Assembly: GCF_006345805.1 (NCBI RefSeq)
Contig: NC_043008.1
Span: 21,142,001 to 21,206,000 of the forward strand
Length of the DNA stretch: 64,000 nt
Source of the DNA: Octopus sinensis
Lineage: Eukaryota
Direction: 5' to 3'
Shown here: positions 62,321 to 64,000 of the stretch, in pieces
Layout: every line of letters begins with the position of its first letter
Numbering within the stretch: the stretch's first letter is position 1
Program-made: the position numbers and the translations under genes
The notes under the pieces: model-generated
The model's input: the letters and a program-made list of their open reading frames with translations, nothing else
Database searches by the model: none
Told to the model about the DNA's origin: nothing

Positions 62321-62781
62321 TCATTCTTAATACTGTCTGCCCACATTTTGCATTTATCATTATCCCGTGCCAGCAAATAATCTATCCTTCTCTACTGCCA
62401 TACATCTCTCAATCTCCTCGTGCACTACATCTGTATTTGTACCCTACACTCTTGAAGCCTCCATAATTCTAAGATTGCCTATATTACACTGAGTGACCCT
62501 GGTGGATCCTGTGAAATCCTGGGTCTGGCATTTCTGTAGATTTTTTTCAGATTGAGATGATTGTGCACATATGTTCTCTGATGCAAATGTTCAATTTTTC
62601 TGGTGGTGCTTCCAATCTAGAATGCTCTGCATTTACTCCAGACTACCTCATATATCACACAAACCCTTGAGTACATTTTGAACTTCTCAGACGTGGGCCC
62701 CTGTGACTAACTTTACCCTCTACCTGGGCTCCTGAGTGAAATAATAAATAATTGCATATACAGCTCAAGAGTAACAATTGC

Positions 62782-63160
62782 AGGTAAACTAATGGACTGA
62801 ATCACAAAACAATTCACAGGAGAATGACAAAAATAGCCTTTCTCTCAGCTACCATATTTATTAGGTAAATTAATGGACAGAATCATATAAAAAAATTCAG
62901 GAAAATAACGATAATAGGCTTTTCTCTCAGCCACCATATTTGTTAGGTACACTAATGGACATATTTATTCACCTGAATCACTACTTTCCTCATCACTTTC
63001 ACCAATTTGATTGTCTGGATCACTCTCATTGCCAGCATAAGTGTAAATTCTTCATCGGAAGAATAAACATCAATAATTTCCTCAACTGCAATGAGTCTAG
63101 GCCTTGCTTGTTTACAAGATGAAGTACTGGGTTCATTACATGCTCGTTTCATCACAGTGG
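62782..63160 (-). mobile_element. Decayed DNA-transposon remnant with ~80-bp tandem repeat (62782-62960)
   Basis: About 2.3 copies of GGTAAA(C/T)TAATGGAC...CTTTCTCTCAGC(T/C)ACCATATTT; acidic piggyBac-like N-terminus (EEIIDVYSSDEEF) on the minus strand. Confidence 0.4.
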
Positions 63161-63544
63161 GTTTTTTTTTTCTTTTAATTAAAAACCACAGTAAACAACA
63201 GCTATGGCGAGAATACCATTAAGTATGAGTCACAGACACACTTGACTACAAAGCTGTAAAGTGATCAGTTGTCTGTTTTAATATTTCATCTCTCTTTTTC
63301 TATGCGTGTTGTTCATTATCACTTCTGTGAGAATCCAGCAAAGATGACATAAATGTTATTTCTGCTTTAGTGGGAACATGACATGGCAGGGTGAAGATGT
63401 TGGTGGGTAAATAAATAGTGTGCATCCCTCAATACTATTTATGGTATGATTTCTAGACAGAAATTTCATTAGGGATGGAGAAAGCTGAAACCAACTGTAA
63501 ACAATAGAAAGGAGTCACACAAAGCAGATTGTTTGTTATAACAT

Positions 63545-63906
63545 CACAAGCCTGTGCATGTTACCAGTCAGCACATGTCACCAGTCTGTGCATGCCACTG
63601 GCCTGTGCATGACACCAGTCTGCTCATGTCACCTGTCTGTGCATGTCACCAGCCTGCACATGTCACCTGTCTGTGCATGTTACCAGTCAGCACATGTCAC
63701 CAGTCTGTGCATGCCACTGGCCTGTGCATGTCACCAGCCTGCACATGTCACCTGTCTGTGCATGTTACCAGCCTGCACATGTCACCTGTCTGTGCATGTT
63801 ACCAGCCTGCACATGTCACCAGTCTGTGCATGTTACCAGCCTGTGCATGTCACCAGTCTGCTCATGTCACCTGTCTGTGCAAGTCACCACTTTGCGCATG
63901 CCACCA
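63545..63906. repeat. 17-bp minisatellite (CATGTCACCAGCCTGTG consensus), about 21 copies
   Basis: Direct inspection; contiguous units with no unique spacers. Confidence 0.95.
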
Positions 63907-64000
63907 TCTACCCCCAAAGCATCTGAGGAGTGGCTTATTCCACCCCTCATTTTTCCACCTGTCCTGAAGATGGGGCCATAACCTTGAAATATTGAAATAT

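Noticed and set aside
63545-63906. Possible CRISPR array or metallothionein-like ORF
   Set aside because: Contiguous 17-bp units with no unique spacers; eukaryotic context; openness in all frames follows from the repeat

Overview
Eukaryotic, AT-rich, microsatellite- and retroposon-saturated DNA. The SINE families look like those of octopods, so a coleoid cephalopod genome is inferred. Almost every ORF in the supplied track is an artefact of microsatellites or SINEs. The one well-supported host gene is on the + strand: three frame-compatible GT-AG exons (25958-26084, 32338-32427, 55039-55217) encode a coiled-coil protein that aligns, largely without gaps, to my recollection of the N-terminal S6OS1 domain of the synaptonemal-complex protein SIX6OS1/C14orf39. 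Its first exons were not located. The rest is intron or intergenic DNA with at least four SINE/retroposon families, R4/Dong-type LINE fragments stacked in (TAA)n arrays, RTE and CR1/L2 LINE ends, a deleted piggyBac and several MITEs. The most interesting signal is a recurring class of non-coding fold-back (long hairpin) elements, often sitting in (TA)n. Several carry minimal type I hammerhead ribozymes typical of Penelope-like elements. One carries a tRNA-like gene with a Pol III terminator. Two otherwise dissimilar elements share a covarying four-hairpin RNA motif that I cannot assign to any known family. Repeat coordinates are read by eye (about +/-10-20 bp) and no database searches were run.
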